A stretch of 34,891 bases of DNA, taken from the NCBI GenBank assembly GCA_900617105.1, contig UYFQ01000153.1:1-34891 (forward strand), given 5' to 3'. The position numbers were made by a program, and so were the translations under genes. Every line of letters starts with the position of its first letter. The first letter of the stretch is position 1. This document shows, one piece after another, positions 33,913-34,891 of the stretch. This stretch comes from Hydrurus foetidus (lineage: Eukaryota). Under the pieces are notes generated by a model that was not told the origin of the DNA, did no database searches, and was given only the letters and a program-made list of their open reading frames with translations.

Positions 33913-34889
33913 TCATTTCTATTATATTCCATTACATATAAATGAAACAAATAGTATTGTTCGGCTAACAGTATTGCGGCATTGATTGCCCTTTGGGGAA
34001 TAGAGCATGCAGAATAATTATTTTGTACATTCTGGAGTAGAGATCTTTGATGACTTTTCATTTCATTTTGATTCATTTTTCCATTGTAAATTTTATTTTT
34101 ATATTCTTGATTTTGCCTATCAGTTTTTATTATTCTCTGATCATTTGGTGTTATTCGCACTCGCATTAAGGTATTGTGCTTTTCTTCATTTGACTGATAA
34201 GGTGGTGCAGAAGGGTTACCCCAACTTGAGAATGCACGCACCTGATGTTCAGTTTCAGTATCTTGAGATCTCATCCAATTTAATCTTTTAATTTGCGCTT
34301 TTGAATATCCACCCCGTACATTTGGATCACCAACCTTCGGTCCCACTGAGTCAATTTGTGCCTGACTTAAGTCAAATTCTACTGACTTTTTATAAGGAAT
34401 TGTATTTGGTTGAGGTTGTTGGATTTTATTTTCATTGTCTGGATTCATTTCATGCTTGTATTTGCATGTTGGTCTGTTACAAGTTCCTTTTTGAAATCCA
34501 AAACAATAAAAATAAAATCCAACAACCACCATTCTTAACCGGTCGTTTGCTTTCTCCGGTATTGTCAGGTAAGGATCTAGCATCTTGAATTTTATTTTAT
34601 TATTAATATCATCATTATAAGCTGGATTATATTGTGTTTGTTTTACCGGATTTTGCGGCGGATTTGACAAAGATTGATATTGAGTTAATTTTGCATGAGA
34701 CTGATTTTGAATTGTATTTTGATACAGAGAATATTCAGAACAACTTGACGTTTCAGAAAAGGATGTGACACTCGCGATGCGAATGACCGCTGTTTCATGC
34801 GGCATTGCATCTGCGACTCTCAACATAATCCCAATCGACTCATTATAACTCGTGTTATTCACTACACAAGCAGCAAATGATGAAGCGAT
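33858..34889 (-). CDS. gag: gag-like ORF with a CCCH zinc finger; 5' partial
   Basis: The frame is open to the window edge and contains CFGFQKGTCNRPTCKYKH (C-x7-C-x4-C-x3-H). It overlaps the pol frame by 55 nt. Confidence 0.7.
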   Translation of the reverse strand: MASSFAACVVNNTSYNESIGIMLRVADAMPHETAVIRIASVTSFSETSSCSEYSLYQNTIQNQSHAKLTQYQSLSNPPQNPVKQTQYNPAYNDDINNKIKFKMLDPYLTIPEKANDRLRMVVVGFYFYCFGFQKGTCNRPTCKYKHEMNPDNENKIQQPQPNTIPYKKSVEFDLSQAQIDSVGPKVGDPNVRGGYSKAQIKRLNWMRSQDTETEHQVRAFSSWGNPSAPPYQSNEEKHNTLMRVRITPNDQRIIKTDRQNQEYKNKIYNGKMNQNEMKSHQRSLLQNVQNNYSACSIPQRAINAAILLAEQYYLFHLYVMEYNRNDPATTIVPYLFIQKQKNN

Positions 34890-34891
34890 CT

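Larger units (their letters stand above)
28294..34891 (-). mobile_element. Ty1/Copia LTR retrotransposon (divergent); 5' end beyond the right edge
   Basis: PR-IN-RT-RH order, PPT and 3' LTR. It is inserted in the Helitron coding sequence after AAAAT (28289-28293, candidate TSD). Confidence 0.95.

Noticed and set aside
29102..34588. + strand ORFs overlapping Copia gag/pol
   Set aside because: Short antisense shadows with no independent support.

Overview
This is a eukaryotic, almost entirely transposon- and satellite-derived window. It has spliceosomal GT-AG introns and no prokaryotic features; a protist or stramenopile host is only a guess. From left to right: (1) the 3' part of a chromodomain-bearing Ty3/Gypsy element (RNase H-integrase-chromodomain, PPT, 3' LTR; 1-~2589); (2) a degenerate CTG-rich region with ~190-bp repeats and E2F-like twin hairpins (2.9-4.6 kb); (3) an internally deleted PIF/Harbinger element (~4592-8942) whose left subterminal repeat holds a 2642-bp DNA transposon (4688-7329) with perfect 45-bp TIRs, an apparent 4-bp AATA TSD and a pogo/DDE_1-like DD39D transposase; (4) a 9.3-kb, nearly invariant 184-bp tandem array of ~50.5 copies; (5) head-to-tail duplications of the 5' part of an intron-containing Helitron-type Rep gene (19376-28293), interrupted by (6) a minus-strand, divergent Ty1/Copia element with an HSDD RT motif, a CCCH zinc finger, a long extra region before the protease and a 28-bp repeat/spacer array in its 3' UTR. 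All family calls come from recognising motifs by eye; no searches were run.
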